Shown here: one piece after another, positions 47,822 through 57,173 of the stretch | Position numbering within the stretch: the stretch's first letter is position 1 | How the letters are laid out: each line of letters opens with the position of its first letter | Origin: SAR202 cluster bacterium | GTDB lineage: Bacteria > Chloroflexota > Dehalococcoidia > Lucifugimonadales > VGZR01 | Assembly: GCA_016872515.1 (NCBI GenBank) | Contig: VGZR01000003.1 | Span: 20,655 to 84,654, forward strand | Length of the DNA stretch: 64,000 nt | Reading direction: 5' to 3' | The notes under the pieces: model-generated | Database searches by the model: none | What the model was told of the DNA's origin: nothing | Seen by the model: the letters and a program-made list of their open reading frames with translations, nothing else | Program-made: the position numbers and the translations under genes

Positions 47822-49801
47822 ATGACCACGCAGACTCAAGATACCTCGCTTCTTGAAAGCCTCGAAAAAGAGCGGCGCAAGTTCCCTCCGCCACCAGAGT
47901 TCAAGAAGAAGGCCTTGGTCAAGAGTAAGGCCGTCTATAAAGAGGCGGACTCGGACTACGAGGCGTTCTGGGCTAAGTACGCCGAGACCGAGTTGCACTG
48001 GTTCAAGAAATGGGACAAGGCCCTCGAGTGGAATGCGCCCTGGGCCAAGTGGTTCGTCGGCGGGCAGATCAACATCTCGTACAACTGTGTGGACCGCCAT
48101 ACCACGACCTGGCGCCGCACCAAGGCCGCCATCGTCTGGGAGGGTGAGCCGGGTGACTCGCGTACCTTCACCTACCAAGACCTCCACCGCGAGGTCCAGC
48201 TCTTCGCCAACGCCCTGAAGGACCTGGGTGTCCAAAAGGGCGACCGCGTCACCCTCTACACAGGCATGGTGCCAGAGTTGCCCATCGCCATGCTGGCTTG
48301 CGCCCGCATCGGCGCCGTGCACAGCGTCGTGTTCGGCGGCTTCACCGTCGAGGCCCTGCGCGACCGCATCAATGACTCCCAGGCCAAGGTGGTCATCACC
48401 CAGGACGGCGGCTGGCGGCGAGGCAGCATCGTCCCGCTCAAGCAGTTCGCGGACCAAGCCGTCCAGGGGTGCCCGACGGTGGAGAAGGTCGTGGTGGTGC
48501 GACGCGCCGGCGAGAAGGCGCCGGTCACCATGCAGGCCGGACGCGACTTCTGGTGGCACGAGTTGACCGCAAAGGCGTCGCCCGTTTGCCCGGCGGAGCC
48601 GCTGGACAGCGAGCACCCGCTGTACATCCTGTACACATCCGGCACGACCGGCAAGCCCAAAGGCATCTTGCACACCACCGGCGGTTACCTCTTGGGCGCG
48701 CACATGACCGCCAAATGGGTCTTCGACATCAAGGACGAGGACTACTACTGGTGCACCGCCGACATCGGCTGGGTCACCGGCCACAGTTACATCGTGTATG
48801 GGCCGCTGTCCAACGGCGCCACGTCCGTCATGTACGAGGGCGCGCCCGATTTCCCTGAGAAGGACCGCTTTTGGGCCATCGTCGAGAAGTACCGCGTCAA
48901 CACTTGCTATACCTCGCCCACCTTCATCCGCACCTGCATGAAGTGGGGCAAGGAGTACCCCAACCGTCGCGACCTCAGCAGCCTGCGACTGCTGGGCACC
49001 GTCGGCGAGCCCATCAACCCCGAGGCGTGGATCTGGTACAACGAGACCATCGGCAAGGGGCGCTGCCCCATCGTGGACACCTGGTGGCAGACCGAGACCG
49101 GCTCTATCCTCATCACACCGCTGCCCGGCGCAGTAACGACGAAGCCAGGCTCGGCGACCATCCCGTTCCCCGGCATCGCCGCCGAGATCGTGGACGAGCA
49201 GGGCAAACCCGTGCCGCCCAACACCGGCGGCTACCTGGTGGTGTCGCGGCCTTGGCCCTCGATGCTGCGTTCTATCTGGGGCGACCCAGACCGGTACGTG
49301 AAGCAGTACTGGTCGCGCTTCCCGGGCCGCTACTTCACCGGCGACGGCGCCCGCCGCGACAAGGACGGCTACTTCTGGATCACCGGCCGCGTGGACGACG
49401 TCGTGAAGGTCGCCGGGCACCGCCTGTCCAATATCGAGATCGAGAGCGCGCTGGTGGCCCATCCGGCGGTGGCCGAGGCGGCTACGGTCGGCCGCGACGA
49501 CGCGGTGAAAGGCCAGGCCATCGCCGCCTTCGTCGTCCTCAAGTCTGGCAACAACCCCAGTGAGCCGCTCAAGCAACAACTGAAGCAGTGGATCGGCCAG
49601 AAGATCGGCCCCATCGCCAGGCCCGACGATATCTTCTTCTCCGCCGACCTGCCCAAGACCCGGTCCGCCAAGATCATGCGCCGGCTACTCCGCGACATCG
49701 CCGAAGGCCGCGTTCTGGGGGACACCACCACCCTCAGCGACCCGAAGGTGATGGAGGACATCAGGCAGTCCTACATCGCCGAGGGCAAAGAAGAGGCATA
49801 A
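47822..49801 (+). CDS. acs: Acetyl-CoA synthetase
   Basis: [50 protein letters not shown]; ATG at 47822 after AAGGAGG. Confidence 0.96.
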   Translation: MTTQTQDTSLLESLEKERRKFPPPPEFKKKALVKSKAVYKEADSDYEAFWAKYAETELHWFKKWDKALEWNAPWAKWFVGGQINISYNCVDRHTTTWRRTKAAIVWEGEPGDSRTFTYQDLHREVQLFANALKDLGVQKGDRVTLYTGMVPELPIAMLACARIGAVHSVVFGGFTVEALRDRINDSQAKVVITQDGGWRRGSIVPLKQFADQAVQGCPTVEKVVVVRRAGEKAPVTMQAGRDFWWHELTAKASPVCPAEPLDSEHPLYILYTSGTTGKPKGILHTTGGYLLGAHMTAKWVFDIKDEDYYWCTADIGWVTGHSYIVYGPLSNGATSVMYEGAPDFPEKDRFWAIVEKYRVNTCYTSPTFIRTCMKWGKEYPNRRDLSSLRLLGTVGEPINPEAWIWYNETIGKGRCPIVDTWWQTETGSILITPLPGAVTTKPGSATIPFPGIAAEIVDEQGKPVPPNTGGYLVVSRPWPSMLRSIWGDPDRYVKQYWSRFPGRYFTGDGARRDKDGYFWITGRVDDVVKVAGHRLSNIEIESALVAHPAVAEAATVGRDDAVKGQAIAAFVVLKSGNNPSEPLKQQLKQWIGQKIGPIARPDDIFFSADLPKTRSAKIMRRLLRDIAEGRVLGDTTTLSDPKVMEDIRQSYIAEGKEEA

Positions 49802-49825
49802 GAAAAACGACTTCTGCAGCGGTGT

Positions 49826-49860
49826 CATGGGGCCTGCCAGACGGCTGGCCCCATGTGTTT
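49826..49860 (+). terminator. Probable terminator after acs
   Basis: CATGGGGCC..GGCCCCATG stem followed by TGTTT, between convergent genes. Confidence 0.5.
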
Positions 49861-49873
49861 CCGAGAGGTCATG

Positions 49874-50530
49874 TCAGTCATCCGTCGCAGTTAGGCAGAC
49901 AAAGCCCGCTTCTGGAGTGTAACCCTCGGTAGCCCGCTCTTGTGCATACGACTCCAGTCCCGGCTTCTGAAAAAGTGTGGAGCGGTAGGAGACGTGCCGG
50001 AAACCGGCTCGCGTGAGCACATCCTCCACCGCCGCCTTTGAGTGGAAGGTGGCATGTCGATACATCGGATGGCCCTCGGCGCCGCGTCTGGCGTAATCAT
50101 CTGCCCACGGCGTGCCCTTCAGCAGCAGGCCGAGCACCAGTCCGCCGCCGGGTGTGAGGGCCCTGCGCGACTCTCAGACGACCTGCAAGGGGTCATGTAT
50201 AAAGCAGAGCGTGAACGTGATGAGGACTCCGCCGAACCGGGCGTCGCGAAATGGCAACGCCTCACCCGTTCCTGCCGCGACCTGGACGCCCCTGCCTCGT
50301 GTGATGGCCAGCGAACCACCCGACCTGTCCAAGCCGTACTCGATGCCGAGCGCCTGAGCGAACCGGCCTGAGCCTACGCCAATCTCCAGGTAAGGCCTGG
50401 GGAAGCGAGCAAGCATCGGGCGCAGACAAGCCACCTCTGTCGCCAGCAACGCCTTGCCCTTCGGGCTGTTGTACCAGGCCTCGTACTGCTCCACATACTC
50501 GTCGAAGGTTGCACGGCTGACAGTACCCAT
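49874..50530 (-). pseudogene. Class I SAM-dependent methyltransferase with an in-frame TGA
   Basis: LEIGVGSGRF, GEALPF, TLCF..DP; TGA at 50174-50176, then the same frame continues ESRRALTPGGGLVLG..GHPMY. Confidence 0.8.
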
Positions 50531-50588
50531 GGCTTGATTGTGCCACCGAGGAGACCAAGTAGAAGGGCTGTTGAAGTGCCCTCGTCCT

Positions 50589-52187
50589 CTAGTACCCCAC
50601 CGCGGCGCCGTCCCGCCGGGGGTCCGCGCCGCCGTGCAGCGCGCCGTCCTGGAGCGTGATGGCGTGGACGCCGCCGAAGACGTAGTTCATGTCGCCTTCA
50701 GGGCTTATCTCATATCCTCGCGCCTTCAGGTCCTGCTGCACCTTCTCGGAGATGCGGGTCTCCAAGCGGATAAGCTTGCCGCCCTGGTGGTGGAACCGCG
50801 GCGCCGCGATGGCCGACTGCACGTCCATGCCGTGCTCCAGCACGTTCAGCGCCACCTGCAGCACGGCGGTGATGATGCGCGGCCCGGCTGCGCTGCCCAG
50901 CACCAGCACCGGCTCGCCGTCCTTGAAGAAGATGGTCGGGCTCATGCTGCTCTTGGGCCGCTTGCCCGGCTGGATGGAGTTGATGCGCCGTGGCACCGGG
51001 TCGAAGTCGTGCATGGTGTCGTTCAGGAACACGCCGGTGCCCGGCACCACGATGCCGCTTCCGAAGAAGCACTCCAGCGACTCGGTGAGCGCCACCACAT
51101 TGTGGTCCTTGTCCACCACGCTCAGGTGTGTGGTCTGCGAGCCGTCGCGCTTGGCGCCAGCCTTGGCGCTGCCGTACGCCTCCGACCGCAGTCCCTTGAT
51201 GAAGGTGGCCGAGGTCAGCTTCCTTGCGTCCACTTCGGTGAAGTCGGGGTCGGCCACCAGCTCGCGGGCCTTATAGACCCGGCCCAGCGCCTTGGCCATC
51301 AGGTCTATCGTCTCCAGGCTGTTGTGGCCCTTAGTCTTGAGGTCGAGGCCCTCGAACAGTTTGAGGAGCTGTATCAGCGCGATACCGCCGGAACTTGGCG
51401 GCGGCATGGACACCAGCTTATAACCCTTGTACGACCCAACGACGGGCCTTCGCATCACCGGCTTGTACGCCACCAGGTCGTCTTTGCGCAGCGGACCTCC
51501 GTTGGCCTTCATGTGCCGCTCCAGCGAGTCGGCCACGAACCCCTCGTAAAACTCGGCGGTGCCGTTCTTCGACACGCGCTCGATGGTCTCGCCCAACTCC
51601 CCTTGCACCAGCCGCTCGCCTTCTGCGTAGGGTGTGCCGTTCGGCTTGAGCATGAGGCGGCCCGCCTCGGGTGTCGCGCGAAACTTGGCCAGCGCGTCGT
51701 CTATGTTCGTTTGGAAGATGCGGCCGAGCAGTGGCGTGACGGTGAACCCGTTCTTCGCGTGCCCGACGGCGGGCTGGGCCACCTCGGCGAGGGGCAGGTT
51801 GCCGAAGCGCTTCAAGGCCAGGGCCAGCCCCGCGAAGTCGCCCGGCACGCCCGGCGCCTTGACACCCATGCTGTTCTCGTTGCCGATGACCTCCCCGTTG
51901 GCATCCACTTTGAACATCGTGGCCGTCGCTCGCTTCGGCGCCGACTCGCGGTAGTCGATGATGTAGCTGCGGCGTGTCTTAGCGATGTAGATATGCATGA
52001 ACCCGCCGCCGCCGACGCCGGAGAATGCAGGCGCCGTCACACCCAGCGCCAGCGCCGTCGCCACCGCCGCGTCCACCGCGTTCCCGCCCTTCTTCAACAT
52101 CGCCAGGCCCGCCTCCGAGGCCAGCCTGCTCCCCGAGGTCACCATGCCCACTTCGGCGTGGGCGTCCCGTTTCCCGATCGCTGCCAC
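50589..52187 (-). CDS. ggt: Gamma-glutamyltransferase
   Basis: GGNAVDAAVA, SGVGGGGF, IDYRESAP, TTHLSVVD autocleavage site, PGKRPKSSMSP, ADPRR. Confidence 0.94.
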   Translation of the reverse strand: MAAIGKRDAHAEVGMVTSGSRLASEAGLAMLKKGGNAVDAAVATALALGVTAPAFSGVGGGGFMHIYIAKTRRSYIIDYRESAPKRATATMFKVDANGEVIGNENSMGVKAPGVPGDFAGLALALKRFGNLPLAEVAQPAVGHAKNGFTVTPLLGRIFQTNIDDALAKFRATPEAGRLMLKPNGTPYAEGERLVQGELGETIERVSKNGTAEFYEGFVADSLERHMKANGGPLRKDDLVAYKPVMRRPVVGSYKGYKLVSMPPPSSGGIALIQLLKLFEGLDLKTKGHNSLETIDLMAKALGRVYKARELVADPDFTEVDARKLTSATFIKGLRSEAYGSAKAGAKRDGSQTTHLSVVDKDHNVVALTESLECFFGSGIVVPGTGVFLNDTMHDFDPVPRRINSIQPGKRPKSSMSPTIFFKDGEPVLVLGSAAGPRIITAVLQVALNVLEHGMDVQSAIAAPRFHHQGGKLIRLETRISEKVQQDLKARGYEISPEGDMNYVFGGVHAITLQDGALHGGADPRRDGAAVGY

Positions 52188-52199
52188 AGTCGCTCCTCC

Positions 52200-53366
52200 C
52201 TAAAGTCCGAACAGCTTTTTCGCGTTGTTATGGAAGATGTTCTCCGCTTCCTTCATCGCCTGGTCTTGCGTGAAGATGCCCGCGTCCACCAGCGTCCCCA
52301 GCGCCTTGCCCATCGAGCGCTTGGCATAGAGCGGGTAGTACCAGTGGAACTCCGGCCAGTCGCCCGCGTCCGAGCCGAAGATGAGCTTCGGCAGCGGCAC
52401 CCACTGCAGCAGGTGCCCGTACCGCTCAGCCGACATCGCCGGCTCCATGTATGGCACCAGCCCGCAGGACAACTCGACATAGACATTGGGCAACACATTT
52501 GCCAGCCAGCCCGCCTCCAGCGTGTACGGGAACCCGCCGTGGATGAGCACGACCTTCGCGGGCAACACCTCCTCGTCCTTGAGGATGTCCGTCAGCAGCG
52601 CGGCATTGCACTTCGCGGCCACGATGTCGGTGTCGCCCAGGCCGGTGTGGATGAGGATGGGCACCTTGAGACCGATGCTCTTGATGAGCGCGCGCCGCAT
52701 CAGGAAGTCGCGCAGCTTCTTGGCGTGCGGCCCGAACCACCGCACATCGTCGTTGCGGGCGGCGAAGTCCCGCTCCGCCTCCGCCTCGCTCACCTTCTGG
52801 ATGTCCAGCCCCGTCCGGTAGGCGATGACCGTCTTGAAGGACACGCATCCGTGGACCTTCACCGCCCTCTCCATGCCTTCGTCGAACTTGGCCACGAGCG
52901 ACGAGAAGAGCTTCTCGGTCTTGAGCAGGTCGCGGACCATCGTCTCCAGCCGGAACGTCTTCTTGTACGCGCCGGGGAACCTCTTGCCGAACTCGTCCAC
53001 CTGCTCCATGGTCTTGGTGCCGTTGTCGGCGATGATGGTCTTCAGGCCGACCTCTTGGCACATCGCGCGGACGTAGCCGGTGAAGTCGGTCTTGCGCCGC
53101 GCCTCCCGCGCCTCGATGACCGCCTCGATGTTCTGAGCGCAGTCCAGGAACCGCGCCCACTCCTTGACGAATGCGCGGAACGTCACCGTGTTCTCCGCCA
53201 GGTGGCGCACCGCGGCCTGGTGCTTCGCCGTGTCCACCGAGCCGACGATGATGCCGCCCAGGGCGAACATCTTGTCAGTGTCGTCCCGCGACATGGGCAT
53301 GTCCACATACGGGAAGCAGTGGACGTCAATGGTCGGAACTTTCCTCAGATCGAGCTGCGTTGCCAC
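52200..53366 (-). CDS. Amidohydrolase-2 family protein resembling the FluG/NodGS N-terminal domain
   Basis: IDVHC, RLET, FKTVIAYRTGL, HTGLGD.D, VLIH..PY, NVYVELS, FGSD; GTG start at 53366 after AGGAGG. Confidence 0.85.
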   Translation of the reverse strand: MATQLDLRKVPTIDVHCFPYVDMPMSRDDTDKMFALGGIIVGSVDTAKHQAAVRHLAENTVTFRAFVKEWARFLDCAQNIEAVIEAREARRKTDFTGYVRAMCQEVGLKTIIADNGTKTMEQVDEFGKRFPGAYKKTFRLETMVRDLLKTEKLFSSLVAKFDEGMERAVKVHGCVSFKTVIAYRTGLDIQKVSEAEAERDFAARNDDVRWFGPHAKKLRDFLMRRALIKSIGLKVPILIHTGLGDTDIVAAKCNAALLTDILKDEEVLPAKVVLIHGGFPYTLEAGWLANVLPNVYVELSCGLVPYMEPAMSAERYGHLLQWVPLPKLIFGSDAGDWPEFHWYYPLYAKRSMGKALGTLVDAGIFTQDQAMKEAENIFHNNAKKLFGL

Positions 53367-53488
53367 GCACACCTCCTGCCGTTGCCGCGCTGAAAAATGA
53401 CCCTGAAAAGGGTACATGCGCCTGTCGCGCCTTTCAAGCGCCATGCTAGGATGGGAACCCGTATGCCATCCCATCACTGCGAGACACC

Positions 53489-54004
53489 ATGCCCGGCCCC
53501 GTAGCCCACACCGCCGTCGCGGCAGCCGTGGGAGGCGCCGTCTGGGCCGCCACGGGCGAGCCGATGGCGATGCCGGTCGCCTTCGGCGCGGGCGTCCTCA
53601 TAGACGTTGACCACGTCCTGGACTACTACAACTGGTACTTCCGGCGCGACCGGCGCTACACCTTCCTCGTCTTCCACGCCTGGGAGTACGCCGCCGCCGG
53701 CCTCGCGCTCGCGGCGGGGGTCTGGCAGCACCCACTGGCCTTCGCCGCCGTACTCGGCTACATCGGCCACCTCACCTTGGACAACATCGCCAATCCCGTC
53801 AACCGGGCCATGTACTCGCTTGCCTATCGCGCCTGGCGCCGCTTCGACCGCAAGGTACTCATCTTCGAGGAGCGCACACTGCAGCAGACCCTTCGCCGCT
53901 ACATCCCTCTATGGGAACGCATCGAGCCGCTGGCGATGCGATTGCCCGCCTACTGCCGTGCTGTCAAAGCCATCGAGGCAGAGAACGAGGCGCAGAGTCG
54001 TTGA
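53489..54004 (+). CDS. Membrane-associated metal-dependent hydrolase-like protein (YdjM-type)
   Basis: N-terminal His, DVDH, FH.WE, GHLTLD. Confidence 0.7.
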   Translation: MPGPVAHTAVAAAVGGAVWAATGEPMAMPVAFGAGVLIDVDHVLDYYNWYFRRDRRYTFLVFHAWEYAAAGLALAAGVWQHPLAFAAVLGYIGHLTLDNIANPVNRAMYSLAYRAWRRFDRKVLIFEERTLQQTLRRYIPLWERIEPLAMRLPAYCRAVKAIEAENEAQSR

Positions 54005-54028
54005 CATCCGGCCTGCCAGGGCTACAAT
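54001..54028 (+). promoter_or_regulatory. Sigma70 promoter
   Basis: TTGACA-16 nt-TACAAT, about 50 nt upstream of the VOC gene. Confidence 0.6.
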
Positions 54029-54077
54029 TGCAGCGCTCTTTGGAATCGTAACGGAATCTACCCGTAGGGAGGGGAAC

Positions 54078-54575
54078 ATGGGTGTCTCCGCATACCACAC
54101 AGGGTTCGTCGTCCAAGACCTCGACAGGTCTATCAAGTTCTACACCGAGGGCCTGGGACTGGAGTGCGAAGAGGTCCTCGATCTGGCTGGCCCTGGGCTG
54201 TCGTCGGTCGTCGGGTACGACAACGCCAGGATCCGCGCGGCGATGCTCGTGGCTGACGACGGCCAGATCCTCGAGTTGCTCCAGTACACCAACCCGGTGG
54301 TGCAGGTGCGGGACGCCAAGCAACAGCACCAGCGCAACCTCACCGGTGCGGCCCACATCGGCTTCTTCGTTGACGATGCCGAAGCCGCCTTCCAGCGCTG
54401 CCTGAAACTCGGCGCCAAGAAGCTCAACCCCGTCGTCGAGGTGCTGCCCGGCCTCAAAGCCTGCTACATCCAGGACCCCGACGGGAACTGGTTCGAGATC
54501 GTGCAGGACGACCTCCACAACAGGACGCCCTTCAGGATCCGGCAGAACCGCATCCGCATCCCAAAGAAGAAGTAG
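54078..54575 (+). CDS. VOC/glyoxalase family protein
   Basis: HTGFVVQDLDRSIKFY..LG, LELLQY, HIGF.V, DPDGNWFE; ATG at 54078 after GGGAGG. Confidence 0.88.
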   Translation: MGVSAYHTGFVVQDLDRSIKFYTEGLGLECEEVLDLAGPGLSSVVGYDNARIRAAMLVADDGQILELLQYTNPVVQVRDAKQQHQRNLTGAAHIGFFVDDAEAAFQRCLKLGAKKLNPVVEVLPGLKACYIQDPDGNWFEIVQDDLHNRTPFRIRQNRIRIPKKK

Positions 54576-54691
54576 CGGAGCAGTCGTAATACACCTGTTG
54601 GTTCCTAGAGGCGTCTTGAATAACCACTCACTCTTTGTCCGTGCCAAGCACGGACAAAGGCTCCTCCCGCAAGGGCAGAGGAGGCCCATAA

Positions 54692-54756
54692 CCCCCTCTC
54701 CCTCGACGTGAGAGGCCTACGGCCACGGCTGCCGTGGCCGTAGGGTGAGGGTGAGG
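54692..54756 (+). repeat. REP-like repeat with internal hairpin (family A)
   Basis: CCCCTCTCCC..GAGAGG, perfect hairpin CCTACGGCCACGGC-t-GCCGTGGCCGTAGG, then GTGAGGGTGAGG. Confidence 0.65.
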
Positions 54757-54811
54757 CTGACCGGGCTGAGTACGGGTGACATTGACTAGTAGCGGCTGTA
54801 TGGAGGCGTAG

Positions 54812-55312
54812 ATGGGCGTTACGGCGTATCACACGGGCTTCGTTGTGACCGACCTGGACAGGTCCATCAAGTTCTACACCGAGGGTCTGGGCCTGGAGTG
54901 TGAGCAGGTGGTGGACGACGCGCAGGGGCCCGGCCTGTCGCAGGTGGTGGGCTACGAGAACGTCCGCATCCGCGCGGCGTTCCTGGTGGCCGACGACGGG
55001 CAGATGCTGGAGTTGTTGCAGTACGTGAACCCCAAGGTCACGCCGCGCGAGCACGCGCACCAGTACCCGCGCCACCTCGCCGGTGCGGCGCACCTCGGTT
55101 TCTTCGTGGAGGATGTCCATGGGACATTCGAGCGCCTGAAGAAGCTAGGCGCCAAGCCGCTGAACCCGCCCGCCACGGTGCGCCCCGGCGTGACCGGCAG
55201 CTACGTGCAGGACCCCGACGGCAACTGGTTCGAGATCGTGCAGGACGACCTCCACAACAAGACGCCGTTCAAGGTCCGCCAGAACCGCACCCGCGTGCTC
55301 CCGAAGAAGTAG
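54812..55312 (+). CDS. VOC/glyoxalase family protein (tandem paralog)
   Basis: Same motifs as 54078-54575; high similarity including the C-terminal tail. Confidence 0.9.
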   Translation: MGVTAYHTGFVVTDLDRSIKFYTEGLGLECEQVVDDAQGPGLSQVVGYENVRIRAAFLVADDGQMLELLQYVNPKVTPREHAHQYPRHLAGAAHLGFFVEDVHGTFERLKKLGAKPLNPPATVRPGVTGSYVQDPDGNWFEIVQDDLHNKTPFKVRQNRTRVLPKK

Positions 55313-55364
55313 GCCTTTGCGCAGAAGGCCTCGCCTTTTTGCAGATAGCAAAGCCATCTCTCAC

Positions 55365-55470
55365 CCTCCTCCCCCTCGAGGGGGAGGAGGATTGAGGTGG
55401 GGGTGAAGCCTCTTCCCGCCATCCAGTTCACCCCCCATCCTGCACCTTCCCCCTCAAGGAGGAAGGGAGT
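55365..55470. repeat. Paired REP-like element (family B)
   Basis: CCTCCTCCCCCTCGAGGGGGAGGAGG palindrome, ATTGAGGTGGGGGTGAA, and an inverted partner unit. Confidence 0.75.
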
Positions 55471-55533
55471 CTTACGAGGCCCCTTGGAGGCGACAATGCA
55501 AGCCCGATCCGCATCAAACGTCCTGAGAGAGAT

Positions 55534-56328
55534 ATGCCCGGTCGCCTAGTGGGCAAGGTCGCCCTCATCGCAGGCGCCGCCGAGGGCATCCAGGGCCGGC
55601 CGATGGGCATCGGCGGCGCCACCGCCTGGCTCTTCACCCGCGAGGGCGCCAGCGTCGTCGTCGCCGACACCAACGAGGCCAGGGGCCGCCAGACCGCCCA
55701 GCAGCTCGCCGGGTCCGGCGCAGAGGCCATCTTTGCCCGCCTCGACGTGACCAATGAGGCCGACTGGCGCGCCGCCGTCCAGGCCGCCCTCGACCGCTTC
55801 GGGCGGCTCGATGTCCTGGTGGTCGCCGTCGGCCTCTACATCATCGGCCGCGTCGAAGACACCCCCGTGGCCGACTGGGACCGCCAGATGGCCGTCCACG
55901 CCAACGGGGCCTTTCTCGGCGCCAAGCACGCCATCCCCGCCATGCGCAAGTCAGGCGGCGGCAGCATCGTCGTCATCTCCTCGACGGCAGGACTGGTGGG
56001 CAGTGGGTTCAGCGCAGCCTACGCCGCCGCCAAGGGCGCCAGCCGCATCTTCACCAAGGCCGCCGCCATCCAGTACGCCCGCGAGAACATCCGCGTGAAC
56101 TCCGTCCACCCCGGCTACTGCGAGACGCCGCTGGCCCTGCAGACGGTCAGAGAAGTGAGGGAAGCGGGCATCGGCGGCGGCACCGGAGACCCCCGCGAGG
56201 GCATCCCCTTGGCGCGCGCCGGCAGGGCTGAGGACGTCGCCAGCGCTGTCCTGTTCCTGGCCTCGGGCGAGTCGTCCTATGTCACGGGCGCCGAGCTCGT
56301 CGTGGACGGCGGCGCCACGGCCCAGTAA
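55534..56328 (+). CDS. Short-chain dehydrogenase/reductase
   Basis: Extended Gly motif AGAAEGIQGRPMGIG, YAAAK, VNSVHPG, VDGG. Confidence 0.88.
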   Translation: MPGRLVGKVALIAGAAEGIQGRPMGIGGATAWLFTREGASVVVADTNEARGRQTAQQLAGSGAEAIFARLDVTNEADWRAAVQAALDRFGRLDVLVVAVGLYIIGRVEDTPVADWDRQMAVHANGAFLGAKHAIPAMRKSGGGSIVVISSTAGLVGSGFSAAYAAAKGASRIFTKAAAIQYARENIRVNSVHPGYCETPLALQTVREVREAGIGGGTGDPREGIPLARAGRAEDVASAVLFLASGESSYVTGAELVVDGGATAQ

Positions 56329-56350
56329 GGGCCTTTGCTCAAGGACGTAC

Positions 56351-56406
56351 CCCTCACCCTATGGCCACACCCGCCTCGGCCATAGGCCTCTCCCTCACGG
56401 GGAGAG
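56351..56406 (-). repeat. REP-like repeat with internal hairpin (family A), reverse orientation
   Basis: CCCTCAC, hairpin CCTATGGCC..GGCCATAGG, then CCTCTCCC..GGGAGAG. Confidence 0.6.
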
Positions 56407-56437
56407 TTAGCCCCCACAACCTCCCCTCGACGGACTC

Positions 56438-57168
56438 CTACAGCGCGTACACTTCCCCTTCGCCGAGGATGCCCGTGCTGTCCACGCCGGCTGCGATGAG
56501 GACCCGCCCATCCGTCAGCAGCGTGGCGCTGTGGCGGTACCGTGGCGCGCCCATCGCCGGGCCGTCGCTCCACACACTGGTCGCGGGGTCGTACAGTTCG
56601 ACCACCGCGTGGAACGCGATGCCGCTGATGATAAGCACGCGCCCGTCTTGCAGCGCCACGGCCGCCATCTGCTCCCGCGCCTAGGTCATGTCCTTGGTGG
56701 GCGAGCAGGTCCCGGAAGCCGGATCCCATATCTCTGCCGAGTCCAGCGCCACCCGCTGTTCGCCCGAGCCTGCCAGGATGAGCACGCGTCCGTCGCCGAG
56801 CAGCGCGATGCCCATGGAGACGCGCGGCACGTTCACCTGGCCGGAGATGGTCCACTTTCCAGACGCCGGGTCGTAGGTCTCGGAGGTCGGGGTCCAGTAT
56901 CCCGACTGGAGCAGGCCCGACACGCCCCGGCCCCTGCCGGAGACTGTGAGGATCCTCCCGTCGGGGAGCAGCACCGCGCCGTGCCGCTCGCGCCGGTCGG
57001 CCATCTGGCCGGCCCCAGAGAACTTCCCAGCACTCTTCGCGCCTTCCACTGTGGGCGCGGCCGCCTCACCCGATTCTTGGGTCGCGGCTGGGGCTGCGGC
57101 ATCGCCGGAGCATGCCGCCACCAAAAGCACGAACAAGACGTAGCGGTGATGAAAAGTCTGTTCGCCAT
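56438..57168 (-). pseudogene. Kelch-repeat lipoprotein, disrupted
   Basis: Kelch repeats (LLPDGRIL, YDPASGKW, HSATLLTDGRVL); in-frame TAG at 56681-56683; ATG 57168 is out of frame with the LVAAC lipobox frame. Confidence 0.7.
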
Positions 57169-57173
57169 CTCGG

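Noticed and set aside
47660-49579. 639-aa minus-strand ORF
   Set aside because: Antisense shadow of acs.
50538-53393. 951-aa plus-strand ORF
   Set aside because: Antisense shadow of ggt and the amidohydrolase; no recognisable motifs, and typical of high-GC codon bias.
42937-56683. Alternative genetic code or Sec/Pyl recoding to explain the three in-frame stops
   Set aside because: The stops are three different codons (TAA, TGA, TAG), all three end normal genes in this window, and none falls at an evident catalytic position.
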